64,000 nucleotides of DNA, from NCBI GenBank assembly GCA_050013835.1, contig JBEKEM010000003.1, positions 73,710 through 137,709 on the forward strand, given 5' to 3'. The notes under the pieces are model-generated. The model saw only the letters and a program-made list of their open reading frames with translations, made no database searches and was not told the origin of the DNA. A program made the position numbers and the translations under genes. The DNA comes from Acidimicrobiales bacterium (GTDB lineage Bacteria > Actinomycetota > Acidimicrobiia > Acidimicrobiales > Bog-793). This document shows, piece after piece, positions 10,382-19,914 of the stretch; position 1 is the stretch's first letter; each line of letters begins with the position of its first letter.

Positions 10382-10919
10382 GAAGCACACTCGCTGCGAA
10401 TCACCGTCGATGCTTGGGTTTCCATCCGGAGCTGCCTACGTGGAATGCCCCGCAAATCTTGCACTTGTCGCGGCACATCCGAGCCTTGCGAGATGAACGC
10501 CACCACCTAGCCTCGTCCATCGCCTCGCGCCGGGTTAGGCATCGCTTGCCCGTAGCACTGCAGACCTTCGCTTCTCCCACCTTTAGATGTTCGCGCCGGG
10601 GTGTGTTAGCAGCGCTGAATAGCGACCCGGCCGCTCGGCAAATTGACCCCCAGGGAAATCGAACGGGTATGCGGATGTCCATCAGAGTCCACAGAGCGGC
10701 TCTGACCAGGTGCTCGCGTCCGTGTTTGTCTGTCCGCGTCCAGTCGGGTCTGAGCGCTTGGCTACAGAAATGGCTGCACGCGGAGGTTGTCTGAGTGCCT
10801 CGCTGCTCATCCACTCCCGCCGCCCCTGGCTCAACGTCCAACACGTCGAGTTCGCCACGGTTTCGCGGGTCGCACCGGTCTCGACTCCTCCCACATAACT
10901 GCCATCCTGCTACTGCCTG

Positions 10920-11180
10920 CTACAGGGGCTCGCCAGAGCGTTGAGCCATCTTCTCCGCGAGCCGCCGCCGTTTCTCGTAGTTCGGCAACGCGAGCGCAAG
11001 GAGAAGTACGAATACTCCCGCCGCGGACCAGTGCGCGCTGAACACGTTCATTGCCAGTCCAATCGCGAACACAATGGCGAAACCGACTCGCACCACGCCG
11101 GCCGCACGACTCAGCGGGCCGATCGTTATGACGTCGGTCCCACCATCGGGCCGCGAGTACCGATAGACAGTTCGCCTCAC
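10920..11180 (-). CDS. Small membrane protein (2 predicted TM helices)
   Basis: Two hydrophobic stretches (VGFAIVFAIGLAMNVF and AAGVFVLLLALAL) with a basic C-terminal tail. Confidence 0.5.
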   Translation of the reverse strand: MRRTVYRYSRPDGGTDVITIGPLSRAAGVVRVGFAIVFAIGLAMNVFSAHWSAAGVFVLLLALALPNYEKRRRLAEKMAQRSGEPL

Positions 11181-11321
11181 GTGCCCAACCTACAACTCGG
11201 CTGTTCGGACATTGCGAGGACGATTGTTGGGACAGCTGAGCGGTAGCCTCCCTAGATATGGTGGACCACCTGGTTGCGAAGCCGGGCTCTTTCTCGACAC
11301 GCCGAACCTGAGTGGATCGCG

Positions 11322-11747
11322 ATGAGAGTCGGGCTCGTCGGCTGCGTGAAGTCGAAGCTCACGGTCGCGTCGGCCACGCGGGATCTCTATACCTCGACGC
11401 TCTTTGTCGGAAGACGTCGATTCGTGGAGGCATCGTGTGATCGGTGGTTCATCCTTTCGGCCAAGTACGGCCTCGTCGAACCCGACGCGATCCTCGAGCC
11501 GTATGACGAGACGCTGAAGACGGCGAGCCGAGCAGCGAGACGCGCGTGGTCACAACGAGTCCTCTCGGCGCTCGACACCGAGCTCGGAGACATCTCAGGC
11601 ATCTGCTTCGAGACGCACGTGGGCGCCGAGTATCTCAACTATGGCGTCGCAGACGGCCTGCTCCAGCGTGGAGCAACCATCAAAAATCCAACGGAAGGAA
11701 TGCGCATCGGCGAACAGCTCAGCTTCTATTCGATGAAGCGATCATGA
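11322..11747 (+). CDS. DUF6884-like protein
   Basis: MRVGLVGCVKSKL...DLYTSTLF...WFILSAKYGLVEPDAILEPYDETL matches my recollection of the DUF6884 pattern. First gene of a three-gene overlapping operon. Confidence 0.65.
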   Translation: MRVGLVGCVKSKLTVASATRDLYTSTLFVGRRRFVEASCDRWFILSAKYGLVEPDAILEPYDETLKTASRAARRAWSQRVLSALDTELGDISGICFETHVGAEYLNYGVADGLLQRGATIKNPTEGMRIGEQLSFYSMKRS

Positions 11748-11926
11748 GCGACGTGAAGATTGTCGAGATTCGACTGATTGGAGAGTTCGATTGGACGTCA
11801 CCGACATCAGTTGTCGAAGGGTCTCGGACATGGCTCCATAACCTCGGACCGCACGAGAGACTCGGCGATGCCCCACCTCTTGGTGCAGAGGCCCAACACG
11901 GCGGGATCTATCCTGAACAGTCATGA
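11744..11926 (+). CDS. Hypothetical small protein (60 aa), translationally coupled
   Basis: Its ATG overlaps the upstream stop (ATGA at 11744-11747). Its stop overlaps the next start (ATGA at 11923-11926). Confidence 0.45.
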   Translation: MSDVKIVEIRLIGEFDWTSPTSVVEGSRTWLHNLGPHERLGDAPPLGAEAQHGGIYPEQS

Positions 11927-12477
11927 ACTCTGAGGAATGCATTCACGGCTTGACGCCTGGAACCTGCTCCTTGTGCAAGCAGGCGAGTTCGCCGTTCTCG
12001 AACTCGCAGCGAGCCAAGTCGCGTTTGACGCCGACCGCGGATCGCAAGACGCCTGAGAACAGCGCCGACTTCTTCGGGCACCCTTGGCCGGAATGGTTTC
12101 ACATGTGCGACATCGCCACCGACTACATCCTCGAGCGGGCCGCGATCGGCCGGACCACGACCTACGGCGATCTCTGGTCCGCCGTCGAAGAGGGGCTGGG
12201 CAAGCCAATTGGCAACGCCTATTACCAGCGACCTCATCTACTCGAGTGGACCACGCGGCGATTCGCTGTCGCCCGCAAGCTCATGCTCAGCGCTCTCGTC
12301 GTTCGAGATGCTGAGGATCCCGGACCCGGAGCTGGCTTCTTCCGACTTGCTGCCGAGTTGGGACTTCTGCATGATGACGCAGCTCCCAAGGCTGGCGAGC
12401 CGTGGTTGGCGATGTCGTCAGTCCAGAGAGACTTCTGGGAGCGGCAGAGGAATGGGCTGTTCTCCCTGTGGAAGTGA
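11923..12477 (+). CDS. Hypothetical protein with N-terminal CxHG-x6-CxxC zinc-ribbon-like motif
   Basis: MNSEECIHGLTPGTCSLCKQ at the N-terminus. The C-terminal part (GRTTTYGDLW...LSALVV) is loosely reminiscent of an MGMT/ATL-type winged helix; that is weak and unverified. Confidence 0.6.
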   Translation: MNSEECIHGLTPGTCSLCKQASSPFSNSQRAKSRLTPTADRKTPENSADFFGHPWPEWFHMCDIATDYILERAAIGRTTTYGDLWSAVEEGLGKPIGNAYYQRPHLLEWTTRRFAVARKLMLSALVVRDAEDPGPGAGFFRLAAELGLLHDDAAPKAGEPWLAMSSVQRDFWERQRNGLFSLWK

Positions 12478-12675
12478 ATACGCGAACCTTCGGGCATCGC
12501 GGTCAACGTCATCCGGCGCCCAATCGGACCCCACGCACAGACGGCCGCCCGACGCAGCGATCCCGCTGTCCGAACGAGACCACTCGATACCATCGACCAC
12601 CACAAGGTCTGTCGGCTCGTAGCCGTGAGCGTGGCTGACCTCGTTGATGGTTAGCTCCACGGTGAACGCCACCAC
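12418..12675 (-). CDS. Hypothetical protein (85 aa), doubtful
   Basis: The GTG start lies inside the second copy of the 30-bp repeat. Its 3' end overlaps the convergent 11923-12477 gene by 60 nt. Confidence 0.25.
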   Translation of the reverse strand: MVAFTVELTINEVSHAHGYEPTDLVVVDGIEWSRSDSGIAASGGRLCVGSDWAPDDVDRDARRFAYSLPQGEQPIPLPLPEVSLD

Positions 12676-12763
12676 CTAGCCTCGTCCATCGCTACGCGTG
12701 AGCAGCTTCCCTCGGACGCGTTCATACGGGCCCGGCACGAGCAGGATCGGATCATTCGACCCT

Positions 12764-13609
12764 TCAGGACAGAACCGTGGCAAGCCGATCAGCGACGTGC
12801 ATCACGTCGACCTCGCTCAACGGTCCATCGGCAGCGATCATCTCGGCAAGCTTCTGGCCCCAGATGACCCAGGCGCCGCGGAGTTGGAAGGGCTGGGCAA
12901 GGAGCTTCCACTCCGCATCGATGAAGCAGAGGGCGGCGTGGACAGGGACGTCCGAACCGACAAGAGCGTTACGCACCGCCTCGACCTGCCAACCGAGCCC
13001 GTCGGCAAGCTTGGTGCGGTCGCGTCCGTTGACGTAGAGGCGGAAGTCGGTCTTGAACCATCCACCCTTGTCTCGCCGCTCTACGAGCCCCTTATAGGTC
13101 TTAGCGTCAATGACCCAGACGCCGGATGCGGCAATCGCTATGTGGTCAATGTTCCCGCGGGTCCTGGGTACTTTGCAGTCGTGGAGGAGGACCGTTCGGT
13201 CTCCGACACGTTTGGTCAGACTTCCTGCGAGACGTCGCTCCCCCTCCGAGCCCTTTGCCCATGCCCGAGTTGACTGCGGGTCGTCGGAGAGGAACTTCAC
13301 GACGCCTGCAAGCCGTCCCCAGCGCTGGTCGATTTTGGCCTCTCTCCGCTGGTGTCGCTTCTCATACGCGCACTGGGCCGACGCACCGGCCTGTCCAACG
13401 TGCGGGCGCGTCGGGGCCACCTGCAGCGCTGTCTCCACTGCGGTCGGCGGGTCTGTCGGATCGCCCTCGGCATCGTTGTCAGAAGCGCAGTCCACACAGG
13501 TGACGGAGCGAGCGTCGGCGTCCCACCACGCCTTCGTTGACGCAGGAAGCGGCATCCCGCATCCACTGCAGGTGCCCGCGTACCGGAGTCGGATGATCTT
13601 CGCCGCCAT
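12764..13609 (-). CDS. NERD-domain nuclease-like protein with N-terminal zinc ribbon
   Basis: N-terminal CSGCG...CVDC. The NERD core is GERRLAGSL...VLLHDCKVPRTRGNIDHIAIAASGVWVIDAKTYKG. Confidence 0.75.
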   Translation of the reverse strand: MAAKIIRLRYAGTCSGCGMPLPASTKAWWDADARSVTCVDCASDNDAEGDPTDPPTAVETALQVAPTRPHVGQAGASAQCAYEKRHQRREAKIDQRWGRLAGVVKFLSDDPQSTRAWAKGSEGERRLAGSLTKRVGDRTVLLHDCKVPRTRGNIDHIAIAASGVWVIDAKTYKGLVERRDKGGWFKTDFRLYVNGRDRTKLADGLGWQVEAVRNALVGSDVPVHAALCFIDAEWKLLAQPFQLRGAWVIWGQKLAEMIAADGPLSEVDVMHVADRLATVLS

Positions 13610-14001
13610 GGGAAAGCTATTCTCGCCGAACCCGGAACGCTTGGCTTGGGTCCGGCGAAGCGAGAAGCCCGGATCAGAGCTCCTGTCCGCGAAGCGGCAT
13701 TCAGCGCAACGGAACCCGCCGTTCTCGCACTCCCCGGCGCGTGGCGGGCCTACAACGCTCTCGCCCGCGTCGTCGATCCCCGGATGGTCTGGCCAGTCGA
13801 CGAGGACGACCCGGCGGGGTGACCGTCACGGCGCTGGCACGCCGGTACGGACGCGTGGAGCCTCGCAAGCGCTTCAATGTTGCCCTTCCGGGCTGAGATC
13901 GTTAGAACGCCTCTGCCGCAAGCGACGACCTCGGACGGTGAATGAGCTGGGAAGAGTGCACAAGACGGCAGGCCGCGACGTGAGCGCGAGAGAATAAGGA
14001 C

Positions 14002-16797
14002 ATGCCTGTCGCGGCGACGGTTGACCTCAGCAAAGCAGCCATCCGAGAGCGGGCAGTCCACTTCGCGAAGAGGTGGGAGGGCACCAAGAGCGAGGCTGCC
14101 GAAAAGCAGACATTTTGGAACGAGCTACTCGGAGTGTTCGGTATCGACCGGCGCCAGGTGGCGGCGTTCGAGGAACTCGCTAAGCGGGCTTCAACGGGCA
14201 ACATTGGTTGGATCGACCTGCTCTATCCCGGTCAGATGGCCGTCGAGCACAAGTCCGCCGGCGAAGACCTCGACAAGGCTCTCGGTCAGCTCCTCGATTA
14301 CCTGCCGGCGCTCCATAAGGCAGAGTTTCCGTGGCTGCTCGTCGTGTCGGACTTCGAGCGCTTCGCCTGGCGTAATCTCGACACTGGACAGTCGGGCCAG
14401 TTCGCGCTCGCGGAGCTGCCCCACAATCTCGAAGTCTTTTGGTGGATGGCCGGTCACGGAGCGTCGCCCTTCACATTCGAGGACGAGGAAGAAGCAAACC
14501 TCGTCGCGACGGGCCACATGGCGGAGCTCTACGACCAGCTGCTTGCCTCGGGCTACGACGCGCATGCGCTCCGCGAGTGGCTCACCCGCGTTCTCTTCTG
14601 TCTTTTCGCCGACGACACCGACGTCTGGGACCGTGCCGGATTTCACACCTACGTCGCGCGCTACACGCACGAGGACGGCCACGATCTCGGCCCGATGCTC
14701 GCGCAGCTCTTCGAAGTGCTCGACACTCCGCCGGAGCGCAGGGCGCGTACCCTCGATGAGGACCTCGCAGCTTTCACCTATATCAACGGTGACCTCTTCG
14801 CGAACCGGCTTCCGATGCCGTCGTGCAACGAGTCGGTGCGCAACGCACTGCTCGAAGCGTGCCGATTCGACTGGAGCATCATCTCTCCTGCGATCTTCGG
14901 GTCCATGTTCCAAAACGTCATGCAGCCTCGCGAGCGACGACAGCTCGGCGCTCACTACACGACGGAGCAGAACATCCTCCGGACGATCCGCCCGCTCTTC
15001 CTCGATGACCTCGGAGCCGAGCTGGCCGCCGCGAACACGAGACCGAAGCTGGAACGCTTCCTCGAGAAACTGCCGACGCTCCGGTTTATGGACCCGGCAT
15101 GCGGATGCGGAAACTTCCTCGTCATCGCCTACAGGGAGGTCCGTCGCCTCGAAACGGAGGCGCTGCGGCGCCTCGAAGCACAGCGGCGCCGAACCGGCCA
15201 GCGGACGATGACACTGGAGCTGCTCTGCAAGGTCAACGTCGCGCAGTTCTTCGGCATCGAGATCGAGGAGTTCCCCGCTCGTATCGCTCGGACAGCCCTC
15301 TATCTGGCCGACCACATCGCGAACCGCGAGATTTCAGCCGAGTTTGGCGAATTATTCGTGCGCTTCCCGATTCCGGCGTCGCCACACATTGTGATTGGGA
15401 ACGCGCTACGGATGGACTGGAACGACGTGTTGCCACGGGAGCGCTTGTTCGCCTGCTTTGGGAATCCACCTTACGTAGGGACGCGCTTGCAGACAGCCGA
15501 CCAGAAGTCAGATCAACGACTGGTTTGGGGTGGAGCAGCACGTAGCGCACTTAACGATTACGTGACCAATTGGTTTGTACTTGCTTCGCGCTATCTTGCG
15601 GGATCGGACGGGCGAGCGGCGTTTGTGGCGACAAACTCGATCACGCAAGGTGAGCAGGCTGGGGCGTTGAGACGGGAAATGAAGAAGTCAGGTGTCGAAA
15701 TTCTCTTTGCTCATCGCACTTTTGCTTGGAACAACGAAGCGCGCGGCCAAGCTTCAGTTCATGTAGTCATCATCGGCTTCACAACAGCGCGGATCTCTGG
15801 CAAGCGGCGCTTATTTGTATACGACGAGCTTGGATCCCTCCCCAAGGAGGCTCAAGCATCTTTCATCAACGCGTACCTAGTCGATGGACCAGACGTTGTC
15901 GTGGACCCCAGACGGTCACCGTGGGCAGTCGATACCCCTGAGATGAAGTCAGGGAACAAGCCGCGTGATGGGGGATATTTGTCTGACCTCTCGAATGAGG
16001 AGGCAGAGACAATTCGCGAGTCTGATCCTATTGCAGCAAAGTACCTGCGCCGGGTCTACGGCTCTCGCGAACATCTTCAGGGGGATGTTCGGTGGTGTTT
16101 GTGGCTTGTAAGTGCAGAGCCAGGTGAACTTCGGTCCTCGCCCGAATTGCGAGGTCGTATCCAGAAGGTAAGGGACGAACGTACTGGCGCAGCTAGTTCA
16201 AAGGGTGAAGCCGCATCGTACCCATCCCTCTTTGCAGATCGCCGCCAGCCCGAGAATGGTTTTTTGCTTGTCCCAAGTGTCTCTTCGGAAACTCGTAACT
16301 ATGTGCCGATGGCCTTTTACAATGCTGATGACATTGTTACGAACGCCGTATTCACGATTTCGGGAGCTTCGCTCTACATCTTTGGGGTTCTGAGCAGCAG
16401 GATCTTCACCGCATGGGTGGATTCAGTGTCTTCCCGGATGAAATCTGATTATCAGATTTCATCGACATTCCTGTACAACACTTTCCCCTGGCCAGATTCC
16501 ACTGAGCCACAGCGGTTGGCCGTAGGCATAGCCGCTCAGGCCGTCCTCGTCGCCCGAGACGCTCACCCGGGCGCCTCACTTGCTGACCTCTACGACCCGC
16601 TCGCCATGCCAGCCGATCTTGTGAGGGCGCACGACCAACTGGACCGCGTCGTTGACTCAGTTTTCGCCCCTCGTCGCCGCTTCGATTCTTCCGCCGATCG
16701 CCTCGCCTTGCTCTTCGAGCGCTACCAACAGCTCGCGAAGGCAGGGACACTCGGATCGTCCGAACCACGGCCAACGCGCCGTTCCCATTCGTCGTAA
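14002..16797 (+). CDS. Type IIL (MmeI-family) restriction-modification enzyme
   Basis: N-terminal PD-ExK block GWIDLLYPGQMAVEHKSAG. SAM motif MDPACGCGNFLV and catalytic GNPPYVG. At 931 aa the size matches single-chain MmeI-like enzymes. Confidence 0.8.
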   Translation: MPVAATVDLSKAAIRERAVHFAKRWEGTKSEAAEKQTFWNELLGVFGIDRRQVAAFEELAKRASTGNIGWIDLLYPGQMAVEHKSAGEDLDKALGQLLDYLPALHKAEFPWLLVVSDFERFAWRNLDTGQSGQFALAELPHNLEVFWWMAGHGASPFTFEDEEEANLVATGHMAELYDQLLASGYDAHALREWLTRVLFCLFADDTDVWDRAGFHTYVARYTHEDGHDLGPMLAQLFEVLDTPPERRARTLDEDLAAFTYINGDLFANRLPMPSCNESVRNALLEACRFDWSIISPAIFGSMFQNVMQPRERRQLGAHYTTEQNILRTIRPLFLDDLGAELAAANTRPKLERFLEKLPTLRFMDPACGCGNFLVIAYREVRRLETEALRRLEAQRRRTGQRTMTLELLCKVNVAQFFGIEIEEFPARIARTALYLADHIANREISAEFGELFVRFPIPASPHIVIGNALRMDWNDVLPRERLFACFGNPPYVGTRLQTADQKSDQRLVWGGAARSALNDYVTNWFVLASRYLAGSDGRAAFVATNSITQGEQAGALRREMKKSGVEILFAHRTFAWNNEARGQASVHVVIIGFTTARISGKRRLFVYDELGSLPKEAQASFINAYLVDGPDVVVDPRRSPWAVDTPEMKSGNKPRDGGYLSDLSNEEAETIRESDPIAAKYLRRVYGSREHLQGDVRWCLWLVSAEPGELRSSPELRGRIQKVRDERTGAASSKGEAASYPSLFADRRQPENGFLLVPSVSSETRNYVPMAFYNADDIVTNAVFTISGASLYIFGVLSSRIFTAWVDSVSSRMKSDYQISSTFLYNTFPWPDSTEPQRLAVGIAAQAVLVARDAHPGASLADLYDPLAMPADLVRAHDQLDRVVDSVFAPRRRFDSSADRLALLFERYQQLAKAGTLGSSEPRPTRRSHSS

Positions 16798-17140
16798 TGG
16801 GGCGCAGGTGGCTTGACCGAACCGACAGTGGGTCGCGAGTCACAGCAAGCTCACCCCCGTTGAATTCGAACTCGCCTTCGCTGCAAGACTCGACGAGGAA
16901 GCAGCATGATCACTCACAACCGGTGTCAACTGAACCTGCACCAGACCCGTCAGCACGTCGCTTGACCTGTGCCTTGATCCGCGGACCGGAGGCAAGTCCT
17001 ACTTTGTCGTCCGCTCTGGCGCTGTCTGCCATTTGAGTCGCTGCCTTGCGAATCGAGGGCACATTGGCTTGCAGCCCCTCAGCCTCAGTCCTTAGGGCAA
17101 GCCCAAGCTCTCATAAGGACCGAAGATTGGGGTCCGGCCA

Positions 17141-19051
17141 CTATCGAGCACGTAAGAAAGGGCTCCTCTTGAGTTCCCGCTCGAGCCTTGTGCTCCAGCC
17201 TTTGCGGAGTGAGCCAATCTCGAGCGCGTAGGCACCCACAATCCGACAAAACCTTTCCTCGTCGCTCTTTGCCTTGCCGAGCGGGCGGTGTCGATAGATG
17301 CGGTGACCATCGCCCGCTACAAGGTCGATGAGAACGTCGAGATTGCATGCCCGGCGTCCCGCCTTGGCATGATCGGTTTCGTTCTCGCTCTGAACCACCT
17401 CATACCCTACGGCGTGGAATCCCGCGCTCTGGAGCGCGGAGAAGAGCGCCACCCAAGCGCGAGGTTCGCGGTTGGCGTAGCTAAGAACGAGGTGACCTTC
17501 TGGACGTAGGGCGCGTCGGATCTCTTTGAAAACTGCGACCAAGCACTTCCGATGGTGCTCGGTGCCGTTGTCTTCACCGATTCGGTTCACGACAGCATCA
17601 CCGACAACGGGCCCGGTAGCTTCGTCCGCCCATGCCCGGAAGAGGTCGGAGAGCTCCGAGTAGTGGATGTCATCGTGGTAGGGCGGATCGGTTACAACCG
17701 CGTCAAGGCTGGAGGTGGCGACACACAGCCGCTCGCTCGAGCCGCGCACGACGCGAGCATCGACCTCTTGGTGGATCGCGGTGCGCCGGGCAACAGCGGG
17801 GATCGGACCATCCACCTTGAGAGGTCGTCCCACCTTCTCTTCAAGCCAGGCTGCGGCCTTCGCGAAGAGCTCGATCCTCCTCTCGACCGTGCCCCGGCCG
17901 GAGGAACTCGCCCCCCAGACGTTCGGCTCAACGGCGAGAGTCGTGAAGCTGAACCGATGGTTGGCCACCGCTTCGTAAGCCTTCATGTACCGGGCATCCC
18001 ATCGGGACGTGAAACCGGCCATCTCGGCCGATCCGATGACCGCCAACTCGAGCGCCCGTGCAACGCGTCCATCCCTCTTAGCAGCGCCACGACAAGCGTG
18101 TAGAAGCGTTTCGAGGACGACCCGCTGACGGGCAGGGTAGAGGTCGTGCCACCGGCGTAAGCCGTGCTTCAAGAGCACACTAGTTTCCACCCCCACATCG
18201 ATCGCCCCAAGATCACGCGTCGGTGCCCAATAGGAACAGTCCGCTGCTTGAAGTTCCGCTGCGTTGGGCGCCCCGAGCTCTCGCACCGATTCCCCTACGC
18301 GTTCGATGAGCGCGACTTCCCAATCAAAGCCATCATCGCCTACGAGCTCCGAGAACCTTCCGGTCCAGTTACAGTCGACACAGCTGAAAGTGCGACCCAA
18401 CGTGTAGCGGTCCGCGGGATTTACGTCGCGACCACAGGTCACGCAGCTCGTCCGCGTGCTCGCCGAACCGAGGAACAGGTGACCGGCCGGACAGGCAAGC
18501 CAACCTGTGTCGCCTCCGCTTTCTACCCGTTGGATCAGCGAGACGAGCGCACCCGGGTAGAGCCGAAGCAACCGGGCACACGACGGACATGGTGCGGTAG
18601 CGACGCGAAGGGTGTGGGAAACCACTGCGGGTTCGCCATCATCGAGAGTGGTGGCGTAGGCCTTGTCGAGCAACTCGCCGATCGCGTCGTGCAGGCGGTC
18701 CGCCGCGGCTCCGAGCTGGTCCGGGGAGGGCAGGTCGAGCATGATCGCAAGGCTCCGAGCGGCCCACGGGTTCACGTCCTGGGCGTAGACCCGATGGCCG
18801 CGCATGAGCGCGGCCAGGGCGATTACTCCGCCGCCAGCAAAGGGGTCGCCAATGAGCAGGTGGCCTGGATAGTCAGTGTTGATTGCCTCGACGATGGCGC
18901 CCGAGACTGTCTCGGTGCGACGCGCCCACCACCGGTACGTGCTGATCGGAGGGAGGCGATGTTGGCGAGCCCGGCTTTCGAGGCGCGCGCCTCGGCTCAA
19001 CGCTTTCACGTCGAGGTGCCGCAGGACGCTTAGCGTGGTCGAATTGGTCAT
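17141..19051 (-). CDS. DNA amino-methyltransferase (DPPY type, DUF1156-like N-terminus), last gene of DISARM-like operon
   Basis: STYRWWARR (DUF1156-like), GDPFAGGG (SAM binding), a Cys-rich insert and VVTDPPYHDD (catalytic). It lies 82 bp downstream of the PLD gene on the same strand. Confidence 0.8.
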   Translation of the reverse strand: MTNSTTLSVLRHLDVKALSRGARLESRARQHRLPPISTYRWWARRTETVSGAIVEAINTDYPGHLLIGDPFAGGGVIALAALMRGHRVYAQDVNPWAARSLAIMLDLPSPDQLGAAADRLHDAIGELLDKAYATTLDDGEPAVVSHTLRVATAPCPSCARLLRLYPGALVSLIQRVESGGDTGWLACPAGHLFLGSASTRTSCVTCGRDVNPADRYTLGRTFSCVDCNWTGRFSELVGDDGFDWEVALIERVGESVRELGAPNAAELQAADCSYWAPTRDLGAIDVGVETSVLLKHGLRRWHDLYPARQRVVLETLLHACRGAAKRDGRVARALELAVIGSAEMAGFTSRWDARYMKAYEAVANHRFSFTTLAVEPNVWGASSSGRGTVERRIELFAKAAAWLEEKVGRPLKVDGPIPAVARRTAIHQEVDARVVRGSSERLCVATSSLDAVVTDPPYHDDIHYSELSDLFRAWADEATGPVVGDAVVNRIGEDNGTEHHRKCLVAVFKEIRRALRPEGHLVLSYANREPRAWVALFSALQSAGFHAVGYEVVQSENETDHAKAGRRACNLDVLIDLVAGDGHRIYRHRPLGKAKSDEERFCRIVGAYALEIGSLRKGWSTRLERELKRSPFLRAR

Positions 19052-19132
19052 TGGATCAACTGCTCCTGCCGGCTAATCCAGGGACAATCAAATTGCCTTC
19101 GCGGTGCGTTACCAGCTTGACCTCGCCACCCT

Positions 19133-19914
19133 TCAGTATCGCGGAACCTCGGTGAACAAACCTGAGGCCTCCAGTTGTTCGAGGAACTGGACGAAGCGAC
19201 GGCTCTGGATCGCCATCAACTCAACACCAGCTTCAACGTGTCCATGCATCCCCCATGAGGTGAGATTCGCCGTCCCGAGGTAACCGTGTGTCCGATCGCC
19301 GATGACAAATTTGGCATGCAGCATGGTGGGCGGGGCCCGCTGAACCATCGAATGCGGACCGCACCTGATCTTGCGAAGCCGCCCATGCGGTGCTTGAGCG
19401 ACTCGTCGTGCTGGGGATCTGCGTTCATGTAGACGGTGGTGCACACGTGACGAGAGCGAATGGCCGGTAACAAGACCTCCGCGAGCATCGCGAACCCATC
19501 CGCGTTCCAGAACACCCCGCCAATGTCGAGGGTTGTTGTGGACTGCCGGATGATGTCGAGCACAAAGGTGTCGAGGCGCTCCAGATCCGCGATGGGTACC
19601 GTGCCGGGCGGCGCCGAAAGCACCAGTCGCGGCTCGGGAACGCTGACCGCAGCAGCTTGCGTCATGGCAGCCAGTACCTGACACACAGTGACGAGCTCAG
19701 CGGCCCGCCCGGGGTTAACCGCTCCGGCGGGGTTGACTACCCCGGAGCTGACGAGTTCTATCCGGGCTGTCACCTGCAAGTCATCGAAAGAGCGTGGAAG
19801 GACAGCGTCGCCCCGTTCGAGGACCTCAACGGCAAGCTTGGTGGCGCCCTCCCGACTGCCCGCTAGCGCAGCCAGCATCTCCGCCAGCGGCACGAGCCCG
19901 GCGAGTCCGGTCAC
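19133..19914 (-). pseudogene. drmC: PLD-family nuclease (DrmC-like) interrupted by a 1-nt frameshift
   Basis: The GTG start overlaps the drmB stop (GTGA at 19911-19914). The N-terminal ~190 codons are in one frame. The HKD motif LHAKFVIGD...GTANLT is in the adjacent frame. The shift falls inside the G/C run at about 19328-19341. Confidence 0.7.

Noticed and set aside
10401-10844. 147-aa minus-strand ORF
   Set aside because: Composition is unconvincing over most of its length. Only the last 39 codons, from the ATG inside the 30-bp repeat, look like a possible Cys-rich peptide; these are discussed under the repeat finding.
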